From positions 1,024,001 through 1,088,000 of the forward strand of contig CAWDXE010000001.1 of the NCBI GenBank assembly GCA_963806185.1: DNA of 64,000 nucleotides, given 5' to 3'. The notes below the pieces were generated by a model that ran no database searches, was not told the DNA's origin, and saw only the letters and a program-made list of their open reading frames with translations. This document shows, one piece after another, positions 27,485 to 36,546 of this stretch. The position numbers and the translations under genes were made by a program. Source of the stretch: an uncultured candidate division Zixibacteria bacterium. Its GTDB lineage: Bacteria > Zixibacteria > MSB-5A5 > GN15 > FEB-12. Position 1 is the first letter of the stretch; every line of letters starts with the position of its first letter.

Positions 27485-29140
27485 ATGGGCGACCTACTGG
27501 CCGGATCACCTCTTCTTCTGCTCTTTGTCGTGATTGGTGTCGGCTATCTGGTCGGCAGTATTCGCATTTTCGGCTTCAGCCTCGGCGTGGCTGCTGTGCT
27601 GTTCGCGGGCATGGCCTTTGGCGCGCTTGATCCGCGACTCATCCTTCCCGAATACATCTACATCATCGGCTTGGTGCTGTTTGTCTATGCGATCGGCCTT
27701 CAGGCCGGTCCCGGCTTTTTCGCCTCGTTTCGCAAGCGGGGTCTGCGTTCGAGCGGTTTAGCTGTCCTCCTTCTCACCGTGGCTGCCGCAGTATCAATCG
27801 CCTTGTATGCGTTCATGGATATCTCCGCTCCCGCCATCGCCGGCCTGTTCTGCGGAGCGCTCACCAACACCCCTGCCCTCGCGGCCTCGCTTGAGACGAT
27901 CAACTCCTTCGCCGGAAGATTCTCCGCCGAGGCGCTCTCCCTGTATAAGAGCGCTCCGGTGGTTGCCTACGGTCTGGCGTATCCGATAGGCGTGTTTGGC
28001 GTCATCTTCTGGTTCTACCTGTTCTCCCGGTACTTCAAGATCGACTTTGCAAAAGAAGAAGCCGATCGTCTGAAACAATCCGGCTCGGAAAATATCCTTA
28101 GCAAGACCTATCGCATTATCAACCCGGCCCTGCACGGCAAGACCGTTGCCCAAATGCTTGAATCGTTCGGCCGCACCGGTTTTGTGCTCAGCCGCATTAA
28201 GAAGGGTGAAACTATTGAAGTGGTCGCCCCGGAGACCGTGCTGCATCGGGACGATCAAATTGTCGCCGTCGGCCCGGAACGATCGCAGGAAATCGCCCGC
28301 ATTCTCTTTGGCGAGGAATCCGCCGAACATATCCAGGAACGGCGCGACGACATGAGTTATCGCCGTGTCTTCGTCTCCAATAAGGAAGTGATCGGCAAGA
28401 CGGTTGATCAACTCCGCTACGATCGCCCCTTCCAGGGAGCCATCACCCGCCTGCGTCGCGGCGACGTCGAGTTTGTCCCTACCCCCGACACCATTCTCGA
28501 ACGCGGCGACCGCATTCTGGTCGTCTCGCGACGGGAGCGCGCCGATGAAATTGCCTCCCTCTTCGGAGATTCTATCAAATCAATCTCTGAAGCCGACTTT
28601 CTGTCCCTCTCGCTCGGCGTCGTGATTGGCGTGTTTCTCGGCATGATCCCCTTCCCGATGCCGGGAGGATTGACCTTCAAGCTCGGTTTTGCCGGCGGAC
28701 CACTGGTTGTAGGATTGATTCTTGGCCGACTCGAACGGACCGGCCCGATCATCTGGGGCATGCCCTTCACCGCCAACCTGGTGTTGCGCCAGATCGGTCT
28801 GGTCTTTTTCCTGGCCGCCATCGGCACGCGAGCCGGAACCGGCTTCGGTGCGACCTTCCACGCCGGTGGTGTCTCATTGATTGTCGCCGGTGCGCTGATA
28901 ACGACGGGAGTGACGATCGCCGCCATCCTCATCGGCTATCGCTATTTCAAACTGCCGTTTTCTGCGGTGATGGGTTTGATGTCCGGCATTCAGACACAGC
29001 CCGCCTGTCTGGCGTACGCCAACGAACGCACCAACAGCGAACTGCCCAATATCTGGTATGCCACCGTCTACCCGGCGTCGATGATCGCCAAGATCATCCT
29101 GGCGCAGATTATCGTCTCGGTGTTACTGGCGTTTCTATAG
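27485..29140 (+). CDS. Aspartate:alanine exchanger (AAE/YidE) family transporter with TrkA-C domains
   Basis: LGVAAVLF.G, GALTNTPAL, YGLAYPIGV, two TrkA_C-like domains and YATVYP. Confidence 0.9.
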   Translation: MGDLLAGSPLLLLFVVIGVGYLVGSIRIFGFSLGVAAVLFAGMAFGALDPRLILPEYIYIIGLVLFVYAIGLQAGPGFFASFRKRGLRSSGLAVLLLTVAAAVSIALYAFMDISAPAIAGLFCGALTNTPALAASLETINSFAGRFSAEALSLYKSAPVVAYGLAYPIGVFGVIFWFYLFSRYFKIDFAKEEADRLKQSGSENILSKTYRIINPALHGKTVAQMLESFGRTGFVLSRIKKGETIEVVAPETVLHRDDQIVAVGPERSQEIARILFGEESAEHIQERRDDMSYRRVFVSNKEVIGKTVDQLRYDRPFQGAITRLRRGDVEFVPTPDTILERGDRILVVSRRERADEIASLFGDSIKSISEADFLSLSLGVVIGVFLGMIPFPMPGGLTFKLGFAGGPLVVGLILGRLERTGPIIWGMPFTANLVLRQIGLVFFLAAIGTRAGTGFGATFHAGGVSLIVAGALITTGVTIAAILIGYRYFKLPFSAVMGLMSGIQTQPACLAYANERTNSELPNIWYATVYPASMIAKIILAQIIVSVLLAFL

Positions 29141-29146
29141 AGGGAA

Positions 29147-29497
29147 TCACGCGGTCTTGTCGTCCTCACCCGACCGGTAGGCAATCACTGACACTTTCTC
29201 AATCGTAATCAATCCCTCTCCCACCAGACTATCCAGCTCGGGCAGAAAGCCGGCCAGCCGTTCCTCGCGGTCGACGATTTCAATCACCATCGGAAGATCC
29301 TCGGACAGGCGCAAAACCTTCTGCGTATGAATCCGGCTGTGCGCGCCGAAGCCGGTGATTCCTCGCAGCACCGTCGCACCGGCCAGGCCATATTTTCGGG
29401 CCGCCTCGACAATGACTTCATACAGCGGGCGACCGTGAGCTTTGTCACTCTCGCCGATGAAGATGCGCACCAGTTTGGCTTCGGATTCGAGTTTCAT
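29147..29497 (-). CDS. DUF190 (PII-like) protein
   Basis: RIFIGESD, GLAGATVLRGI.GFG and LSEDLP; adjacent to crcB, as is typical. Confidence 0.9.
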   Translation of the reverse strand: MKLESEAKLVRIFIGESDKAHGRPLYEVIVEAARKYGLAGATVLRGITGFGAHSRIHTQKVLRLSEDLPMVIEIVDREERLAGFLPELDSLVGEGLITIEKVSVIAYRSGEDDKTA

Positions 29498-29508
29498 GGG
29501 ATCTCTCC

Positions 29509-29880
29509 TCACCGCCGACCCAGCACCATGCCCATGTAGAGCAGCAGGATGCCCAGCCCGTTTTGCACGACCACATTTATTCCGGCGAACAGCCACTGGC
29601 CGTCGCGAAGAAACTGCGTTGTCTCGAATGCGAACGAAGAAAAGGTGGTGAAGCCACCGAGAAAGCCGATCAGAATGATCGCCCGCATCTCCGGACTAAT
29701 GGTCCATCTCCCCTCAGCCAGCGCCCAAAGGACACCGAACAGAAAGCAGCCGGCGAGATTCACCGCCAGAGTTCCCCACGGATACGAGGCGGGCAGGTAG
29801 CGGTGGACCAGCCCTCCCAGCCCATAGCGAAGTCCCGATCCCAGTCCACCCGCCAGCATGATCAACAGTAGTTTCGTCAT
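29509..29880 (-). CDS. crcB: Fluoride channel CrcB/FluC
   Basis: GG.GS.LRY, PWGTLAVN..G and GFLGGFTTFSSF. Confidence 0.95.
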   Translation of the reverse strand: MTKLLLIMLAGGLGSGLRYGLGGLVHRYLPASYPWGTLAVNLAGCFLFGVLWALAEGRWTISPEMRAIILIGFLGGFTTFSSFAFETTQFLRDGQWLFAGINVVVQNGLGILLLYMGMVLGRR

Positions 29881-30016
29881 CGATGATTCAATCGTCCTGC
29901 TGAGATAGACTATGGTGTACTCGCGTTCATGTCAACGATGAACCGTACGGGCGATCCGTGTCCGTCATTGACACGCGCCGTTGAAGGCGATATATCTGCT
30001 CGATGAGGATGCAGCC

Positions 30017-31243
30017 GTGACGACACCCTCCGCCGGCCTTCGCCGCATGGCCGACTTCTTCGGTCTCCGCCGAAGCATGGTCGGCCTTCTGTCGATGGTC
30101 ATTCTCGTCGGTATGGGCGAGAAGATGGCTGAGCGCTTCCTGCCTATCTACCTGATCGCCCTCGGCGGCGGTGCTATTTCCGTCGGCCTGCTCAACGGTC
30201 TCGACAATCTCCTTTCCGCACTCTATTCCTTTCCCGGCGGGTACCTTGCCGATCGGCTGGGGGCCAAGCGGGCGCTGATGGTCTTCAACCTGATCGCCAT
30301 GGTCGGCTTCGTGATCGTGATTGCCATCCCCACCTGGCCGGCGGTGATCGGCGGTTCTGCCCTTTTCCTGTCGTGGACAGCCATTTCGCTTCCCGCCACG
30401 ATGGGCCTGGTGGCCCGTGTCCTGCCAAAGAACAAACGCACTATGGGAGTTTCGATGCACTCTCTCGTGCGCCGTTTCCCCATGGCCTTGGGTCCTCTGG
30501 TCGGTGGGTTTTTCATTGCGGCCTGGGGCGAGACAACCGGTGTGCGGCTCGCCTTCGTAGCGGCTCTTGGCATGGCGCTCATTGCCGCCGTGATGCAGCA
30601 AATTCTCATTGAAGACGATCACGAGGCCGCTCGCGGAGACAAGCCGGTCGAAAAGAATCCCCTGGTGATGGCTCGTCAAATGAGCCCCGCCTTGCGCAGC
30701 CTTCTCGTCTCCGATATCCTGATCCGTTTCGCGGAGCAGATTCCGTACGCCTTTGTCGTCATCTGGTGCATGAAAGAAATCAGCAGTCCGGTGAGTGCGG
30801 TTGAATTCGGCGTTCTCACGACGATCGAGATGGCCACCGCCGTACTCTGCTATATCCCGGTGGCCTACCTTGCTGACCGATCTCAGAAGCGCCCGTTCGT
30901 CATTATCACCTTCATTTTCTTCACCCTCTTCCCGTTGGCGCTAATTTACTGCCACTCATTCTGGCCGTTGGTGGCGGCGTTCGTTCTGCGCGGCTTGAAG
31001 GAATTCGGCGAACCGACCCGAAAGGCGCTGATTATGGATTTGGCCCCCGCTGGTCGCGAGGCCGCCATGTTCGGAACTTACTATCTGATCCGCGACACGA
31101 TTGTTTCGCTGGCGGCGTTTGGCGGTGCTTTCCTCTGGATGCGGAGTCCCGCCGTCAATTTCCTGACCGCCTTTGCCTTTGGTGTTGCCGGCACCCTATG
31201 GTTTGCCTGGAAAGGTAAAGACGTCTCACACGCCGAGTCTTGA
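30017..31243 (+). CDS. MFS transporter
   Basis: About 12 TM segments; motif A GYLADRLGAKR. Start placed at GTG 30017 (SD GAGG), downstream of TTGACA-17-TATATC. Confidence 0.88.
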   Translation: MTTPSAGLRRMADFFGLRRSMVGLLSMVILVGMGEKMAERFLPIYLIALGGGAISVGLLNGLDNLLSALYSFPGGYLADRLGAKRALMVFNLIAMVGFVIVIAIPTWPAVIGGSALFLSWTAISLPATMGLVARVLPKNKRTMGVSMHSLVRRFPMALGPLVGGFFIAAWGETTGVRLAFVAALGMALIAAVMQQILIEDDHEAARGDKPVEKNPLVMARQMSPALRSLLVSDILIRFAEQIPYAFVVIWCMKEISSPVSAVEFGVLTTIEMATAVLCYIPVAYLADRSQKRPFVIITFIFFTLFPLALIYCHSFWPLVAAFVLRGLKEFGEPTRKALIMDLAPAGREAAMFGTYYLIRDTIVSLAAFGGAFLWMRSPAVNFLTAFAFGVAGTLWFAWKGKDVSHAES

Positions 31244-31246
31244 GCG

Positions 31247-31846
31247 TTATTTCGCTTTGCCGATCCAGTTGAGTGGATCGAGGATACTCTTCGGAAAGGT
31301 CGGTGCTGATATGAGGGTTTTGTCGCTGACGTGGCGCAAGTCCTCAATCGTGTAAAAGGCATCGGGATGGCGTGCTCTGATGACCCCAACTACCTCCCCG
31401 AGTCGCGCGCGCGGCACAACCGTATAGAGCATCTCCACCGGCCCCAGAGCGCCATGCCCTTCCACCCGGGTGACTCGAAAATCGTTGGCGATCAGATACA
31501 TCATCATGTCCGCCGCATCCTGCGTCAGAATCAAGCGCACCAGGAGCGTCCCCATCGATAGCTTGCGCTCGATCGTCATGCCGACGTAGGTCCCGGTCGC
31601 GAACCCACCCGCATAAGCGAGATAATTGGGCACACTCGTCAGATTCTGGACAATCTGACTGATCGCCAGCAGCCAGATCAGGACCTCAAAGAACGCGAGA
31701 ATCGAGGCGACCTTGCGCTTACCCCGGCCGACTAGAATGATCTTGAGCGTTCCGCACGAGACATCCACAATTCGAGCACAGAAAATGAGAATTGGCACTA
31801 CCGCAGGAGGATAGCTGGTGATGTTTATCATTGCGGGAATGTCCAT
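31247..31846 (-). CDS. DUF2179/DUF5698 (UPF0316-like) membrane protein
   Basis: ARIVDVS.GT, FFEVLIW, YAGGFATG.YVG and PDAFYTIED. Confidence 0.8.
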   Translation of the reverse strand: MDIPAMINITSYPPAVVPILIFCARIVDVSCGTLKIILVGRGKRKVASILAFFEVLIWLLAISQIVQNLTSVPNYLAYAGGFATGTYVGMTIERKLSMGTLLVRLILTQDAADMMMYLIANDFRVTRVEGHGALGPVEMLYTVVPRARLGEVVGVIRARHPDAFYTIEDLRHVSDKTLISAPTFPKSILDPLNWIGKAK

Positions 31847-31978
31847 AGTTCGACCGAAACTCCAAGGACGCAATCTGGGATTTGATGGATATCCAGGCAA
31901 GGGAAAACGGGGATATCTTTCCGCTCTTCGTGCCGAACACTAATTGCTTTGCTGCACTGACTGAATCATACTTCCCGC

Positions 31979-33190
31979 ATGGACCTCACCGTTCTGATTA
32001 TCTTCGCCGTCGTCTATCTCGGCATGGTGCTGGGGCGAATCCCGGGTTTCGCGCTCGATAGAACCGGCGTGGCCCTGCTTGGCACCATCCTCCTGCTCGC
32101 TTTCGAGCGGACAACCATGCAGGATGCCTGGATGGCGATCGACGTCACCACCATCGCCCTGCTGCTCGGCCTGATGATCGTCTCGGCGCAATTCCGCCTC
32201 GGCGGATTCTACTCGACTATCACCCGTCGCCTGGCCAAAGCCAATGTCTCGCCCTCCCATCTGCTGGCTCTGCTGATTGCTGTCGTGGGGCTGCTCTCCG
32301 CTATTCTGGCCAATGATATCGTCTGCCTGGCGATGACTCCGGTGCTAATCGACGGTTGTATCCGGCGTGGTCTCAATCCGCTTCCGTACCTGCTGGCCCT
32401 TGCCTGTGCCGCCAACATCGGCTCGGCCGCCACGCTGATCGGCAATCCTCAGAACATGCTGATCGGTCAAACCCTGCACCTTCCGTTTGCCGGATATTTG
32501 GCCGTCGCCGCCTTTCCTTCCGTTCTCGGCTTGTGCATTGTGTGGCTGGTCATCAGGTGGCAGTATCGCACTCGATGGACTCTGCAGCTTCCACCGGTGG
32601 TCATTGAGGAATCCGCATTTGATCGCTGGCAGACGATCAAAGCGATTGTGGTCACGACGGCATTGATGGCCATCTTCCTTTTCACTGATTGGCCGCGCGA
32701 TGTCGTCGCTCTAACGGCGGCCGGTATTCTTCTTGCCAGCCGCAAGATGGCTTCGCGCCAGATGCTCGGCCTGGTCGATTGGCAACTGCTGGTGCTTTTT
32801 GCCGGTCTGTTTATCGTCAACTACGCCCTGGCCCAGTCCGGCATGATGACCGCTGCCATCACCGGCTTGCGCTTGACCGGTCTTGATCCGTCGTCCCCCG
32901 CCCCCTTCTTTGTGATCTCGGTCGTGCTTGCGAACGTCGTATCCAACGTACCGTCGACCATGCTCCTGCTGCCGATCGCCACTCACCCGCTGGCCGGCCC
33001 GATCCTGGCGATCGCCGGTACCTTTGCAGGTAATTTGATTGTCGTAGGGAGTATCGCCAACATCATCGTCATCGATCAGGCCGCCCGACTCAATGTACAG
33101 ATTACTTGGAGCGACCATGCCCGCACCGGCATTCCGGTGACGATTCTGACTCTGGTCACCGCCGGGCTCTGGCTTTGGCTGGTGGGATGA
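31979..33190 (+). CDS. ArsB/NhaD/SLC13-like anion permease
   Basis: LSAILAND, ANIGSAATLIGNPQN, SNVP and GSIANIIV. Confidence 0.88.
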   Translation: MDLTVLIIFAVVYLGMVLGRIPGFALDRTGVALLGTILLLAFERTTMQDAWMAIDVTTIALLLGLMIVSAQFRLGGFYSTITRRLAKANVSPSHLLALLIAVVGLLSAILANDIVCLAMTPVLIDGCIRRGLNPLPYLLALACAANIGSAATLIGNPQNMLIGQTLHLPFAGYLAVAAFPSVLGLCIVWLVIRWQYRTRWTLQLPPVVIEESAFDRWQTIKAIVVTTALMAIFLFTDWPRDVVALTAAGILLASRKMASRQMLGLVDWQLLVLFAGLFIVNYALAQSGMMTAAITGLRLTGLDPSSPAPFFVISVVLANVVSNVPSTMLLLPIATHPLAGPILAIAGTFAGNLIVVGSIANIIVIDQAARLNVQITWSDHARTGIPVTILTLVTAGLWLWLVG

Positions 33191-33991
33191 TCAGTTGCGG
33201 CGCATGATAAAACGCGCTTCTTCGTATTCGTGGACTTTGACGAAGCCGAGCTTCTCGTAGCAGTGAGTTGCGGCAGCGTTGTCACTCTTTACATTCAGGC
33301 AGACCAGATTCCCTTCCGCTGTCAATTCCGCGCACAGGTGACTGGTCACCGCTCCCGCTAACCCGCGTCTGCGTGCGACCGGTGCGGTCGTTATGTTGCC
33401 CAGCACGGCGATCTTGTACTCCGTCGAATAGACGTGCACCCCGGCGACTGCCACAATCTTTCCCTGTTCGAATACGCCAAAGTACTTCCCGGTTGCCAGC
33501 ATCCGTCGATCATAATAATTATCCGGATAGGCGTTGGAATAGAGTTCTACCAGGGCAGGGTGATGGCTGTCGTCAAGGCGTCGGATATCGAGAGTGCTTT
33601 CTTCGCTGCGACGGCTCACCCTTGTCGCATCAAGCCGCATCTTATGATGCATGCCCAGCGGGATTTCGTCGAATACCCCTTCAAATCGGTTTCGATCCCT
33701 CGCCTGAAAATGGCAGAAAAACTCGTAGGGCAGCAGATCGCGAATTTCTTCAAGAAACCAGCCGAATCGCGACGACACGCCGAATGCCATGACGGTAGGT
33801 AACCGCCCACCGGAGTAGACCAGGATCACGTCATCCACTACGGGCAAGTGCTCGGCGCCGCTGTAAATGGCGGCCCACTGACAGTGACTGAAGAAGAAAT
33901 CGTCGAGATCGCCGAGATGGTAGGAGAACAACACCGGGTCTTTCTGAAAATGGGTCCGGAGCCGCTCTTTGTCCGACGTATACGTGAACAT
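33191..33991 (-). CDS. GNAT family N-acetyltransferase
   Basis: LGNITT.P.ARRRGLA and N..A...YEKLGF. Confidence 0.85.
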   Translation of the reverse strand: MFTYTSDKERLRTHFQKDPVLFSYHLGDLDDFFFSHCQWAAIYSGAEHLPVVDDVILVYSGGRLPTVMAFGVSSRFGWFLEEIRDLLPYEFFCHFQARDRNRFEGVFDEIPLGMHHKMRLDATRVSRRSEESTLDIRRLDDSHHPALVELYSNAYPDNYYDRRMLATGKYFGVFEQGKIVAVAGVHVYSTEYKIAVLGNITTAPVARRRGLAGAVTSHLCAELTAEGNLVCLNVKSDNAAATHCYEKLGFVKVHEYEEARFIMRRN

Positions 33992-34008
33992 GATTGTCCG
34001 AAGCGGCG

Positions 34009-34212
34009 CTATTTGCCCGCCTTGATTTTGGTGAGCATCTCCAGCACTTCGTCGAGCTGCTCCCGTTTGAACGTCACCCCCTTCTTGGTCGGCAGCCACT
34101 CCTCATTTTCGGCCCGAAAGTATATCCGCAGCCCCACCAGTTGGTGACCTTTGTATTCAGAATCCTCGATAATCAATTTCTCGGTTTGAGAACGTTCCAG
34201 TTCAAATCGCAT
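34009..34212 (-). CDS. PC4/p15-like single-stranded nucleic-acid-binding protein
   Basis: SEYKG..LV.LR.YF....EWLPTKKGVT signature; SD GGGAGG. Confidence 0.85.
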   Translation of the reverse strand: MRFELERSQTEKLIIEDSEYKGHQLVGLRIYFRAENEEWLPTKKGVTFKREQLDEVLEMLTKIKAGK

Positions 34213-34348
34213 TGTGTGCCTCCCATGATGGTTATATAAACAGCGCGCCACGAGGCGGCGCGCTGACATAAAAAGTACGCCCGGCGCTCATTACGCAAGT
34301 TGTTTCTTGCCGTAAGCACCGGGCGATGCAGTCGTCTGAGCTAACAGC

Positions 34349-35017
34349 TTAGAAGCCGTAGCCGATGAAGAAGGCGATATTGGTCGTCTTGATCTTGGGC
34401 TGAACCGCTTCGACTTCCTTGATCACGTTTGACATTCCGAGATCATATCGCGCATCAAGAGTGATGACACCCTTTTCACCCGCCGCGATATCGATGCCGC
34501 CGCCGAAAGTTACTCCAAATTCGGTCGACTTGGCGTCAGTGAGATCTTCTTCGCTGTCCCCGGCGCCGGTTTCATACTTGGCCTTCGCGCTGGCCTTGAA
34601 CCCAAAAAACGGGCCGGCAAAGATATTCGGGGCGATTTTGCCCTTCGTAGGAATCAAGAACTTGAAAAGCACCGGGACTTGAATGTAGTTGGCCTTTATC
34701 GTGACCTTGTCGGTGCCCTCTTCGTACTTGGCGCCCTTGGATACGTACAGCACTTCGGGCTGAATGGCAATTTGCGGCGACAACTTGAACTGGAGCCACA
34801 AGCCGAAGTCAATCCCCATTTTGCTGCTGGGAGAAACGGTAATCGTGTCCGTGGCCGTCTCGAATACGAAGTCCTTGTCGTCGCCGGTGAGATTGGCCAG
34901 ACCAACGCCGGCCTTAATACCGTACTTGACCGGGCGAGTCGCCGTGTCCTGCGCCAGAATGCCGGTGGCCAGCAGGAACATGACGAGCATAATGCTGATT
35001 AGAATCGAACGCTTCAT
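34349..35017 (-). CDS. Outer-membrane beta-barrel (porin/PorT-like family) protein
   Basis: Signal peptide; YGIKAG, QPEVLY..KG, NYIQVPVL, DARYDLG and terminal YGF. Confidence 0.85.
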   Translation of the reverse strand: MKRSILISIMLVMFLLATGILAQDTATRPVKYGIKAGVGLANLTGDDKDFVFETATDTITVSPSSKMGIDFGLWLQFKLSPQIAIQPEVLYVSKGAKYEEGTDKVTIKANYIQVPVLFKFLIPTKGKIAPNIFAGPFFGFKASAKAKYETGAGDSEEDLTDAKSTEFGVTFGGGIDIAAGEKGVITLDARYDLGMSNVIKEVEAVQPKIKTTNIAFFIGYGF

Positions 35018-35242
35018 TGTACTTTACCTCCATGAAAGTGGCTATTGCGGTCGCCTTTCAAAGGCCCGTTTCTGGGTCGAAGATGAGAAAAATTATATGT
35101 CTACACAAGAGGAAAATGACATGCATATTTTACTGTCAGAAGACCGCTACCGTTCGGTCGTCCGGTCTCTTCGTGCTGTCCATGAAAAAAACAGGGCGGA
35201 AAACCCTCCTTCCGTCCCGCCGGTCAACTTGTCAATTGATAA

Positions 35243-35743
35243 CTACCGCTTGTACCCGATCTTGCGCAGGAAGCTAACGCGCTCGGCCCGGTCGGCCTCC
35301 TCTTCAACCCCGAGCGGCGGCTCACCGTCGATGACCCCCATCACCCCCCGCCCTTGCGACGATTCGGCCACAATCACCTGCAACGGGTTAGCCGTGGCAC
35401 ATAAGACGCGACACACTTCGCTCACCTGCTTGATCTGATTCAGCACATTGACCGGAAAGCCGTCGCGCAAAAAGATGAAAAACGTATGCCCGCACCCGGC
35501 CGCCAGCGCCGCTTCTTTGGCCGCCTCGATCAACTCGGGCGCATTTCCGTCGTGGCGAATCAGACGTTTGCCGCTCGCCTCACAGAAGGCAATGCCAAAC
35601 TTGAGCGTTGGTGACGACGAAACGAGAGTCTCGTACAAATCCTCAATTGTCTTTATGAAATGTGATTGTCCGAGTATCACATTGGCGCCCTCGGGAATCT
35701 TGATCGACACCAATTTGGTTCTCAACTGGTTGCTGGCACTCAT
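35243..35743 (-). CDS. Adenosine-specific kinase family protein
   Basis: [31 protein letters not shown] and [10 protein letters not shown]. Confidence 0.88.
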   Translation of the reverse strand: MSASNQLRTKLVSIKIPEGANVILGQSHFIKTIEDLYETLVSSSPTLKFGIAFCEASGKRLIRHDGNAPELIEAAKEAALAAGCGHTFFIFLRDGFPVNVLNQIKQVSEVCRVLCATANPLQVIVAESSQGRGVMGVIDGEPPLGVEEEADRAERVSFLRKIGYKR

Positions 35744-36546
35744 GGCGTTTCCTTGAAAAGTTTCTCTTCCAGTCCGGTGTTGATGCGCGGATTGGAGTAG
35801 TACTCCACACTTTCCCGCTTCACTTTGATGAACAGCGTTGCTTTCGCATCAAGAAAGAAGTCAAAGCGCTTGGGTACCCAGTAGTCCTCACCCCCCGGTG
35901 TATAGGTAACCGTCATGTTCAGGGCTTTTACCTTGAACCAGATGCCGGCCCCGGCCTTGGCCGGAGAAAAATTGACCCGCACGAGGCGAAGCGACTCGGC
36001 ATCGAAAAAATACTCGCCGTTGATCAGGTCCTCGTCATCCGTCTTGGCGGTCACCACAAAATGCTGAACGGCGTGCCCGTCGATGGTTTCCTCTCCCGGT
36101 CCCTTGTACTCAACACTGTATTTTTCGCGATGCCCCGGGCGAAACGGCCTGAGCATGTCGAACGATATGTCGCGTCCCGGATGTTTCGCCTTCCGCGCCA
36201 GCCGCTCGTCGGCGGCTTTGCGCAGATTCTCGGCGCTCTGTCGCACGCTGTCCTTGTAGTAATCGAGATACTCTTCATGGCACCAGGTCGTGTCGGTCAG
36301 GTATTTCAAATATATCCGCTTGAGGAATCGTTCTTTTTCCCTGAATACGCCGTCCTTTGTCTCCCCCTCAATCAATTCCGCGTCGATCGTCAGGTCGTTG
36401 ACCGCCGCCCGTTCTTTCTGCCCCTCGGCCAGTATGCGGTCGATCAACGCTTGCTGATCGATGCCCTCGCCGGTTTGCGCCTGACCTATTGCGCCATACA
36501 AAATCAGGAGCAAAATCGCTCCCCCAAAATGCCATTTGGCCCTCAT
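35740..36546 (-). CDS. Exported hypothetical protein, possibly LolA-like fold
   Basis: Signal peptide, beta-rich, ends [10 protein letters not shown]; 4-bp overlaps with both neighbours. Confidence 0.6.
   Translation of the reverse strand: MRAKWHFGGAILLLILYGAIGQAQTGEGIDQQALIDRILAEGQKERAAVNDLTIDAELIEGETKDGVFREKERFLKRIYLKYLTDTTWCHEEYLDYYKDSVRQSAENLRKAADERLARKAKHPGRDISFDMLRPFRPGHREKYSVEYKGPGEETIDGHAVQHFVVTAKTDDEDLINGEYFFDAESLRLVRVNFSPAKAGAGIWFKVKALNMTVTYTPGGEDYWVPKRFDFFLDAKATLFIKVKRESVEYYSNPRINTGLEEKLFKETP

Noticed and set aside
29881..29980. Fluoride riboswitch upstream of crcB
   Set aside because: No GGnGAUG...CUGAUG pattern, and the promoter is too close to the start codon.
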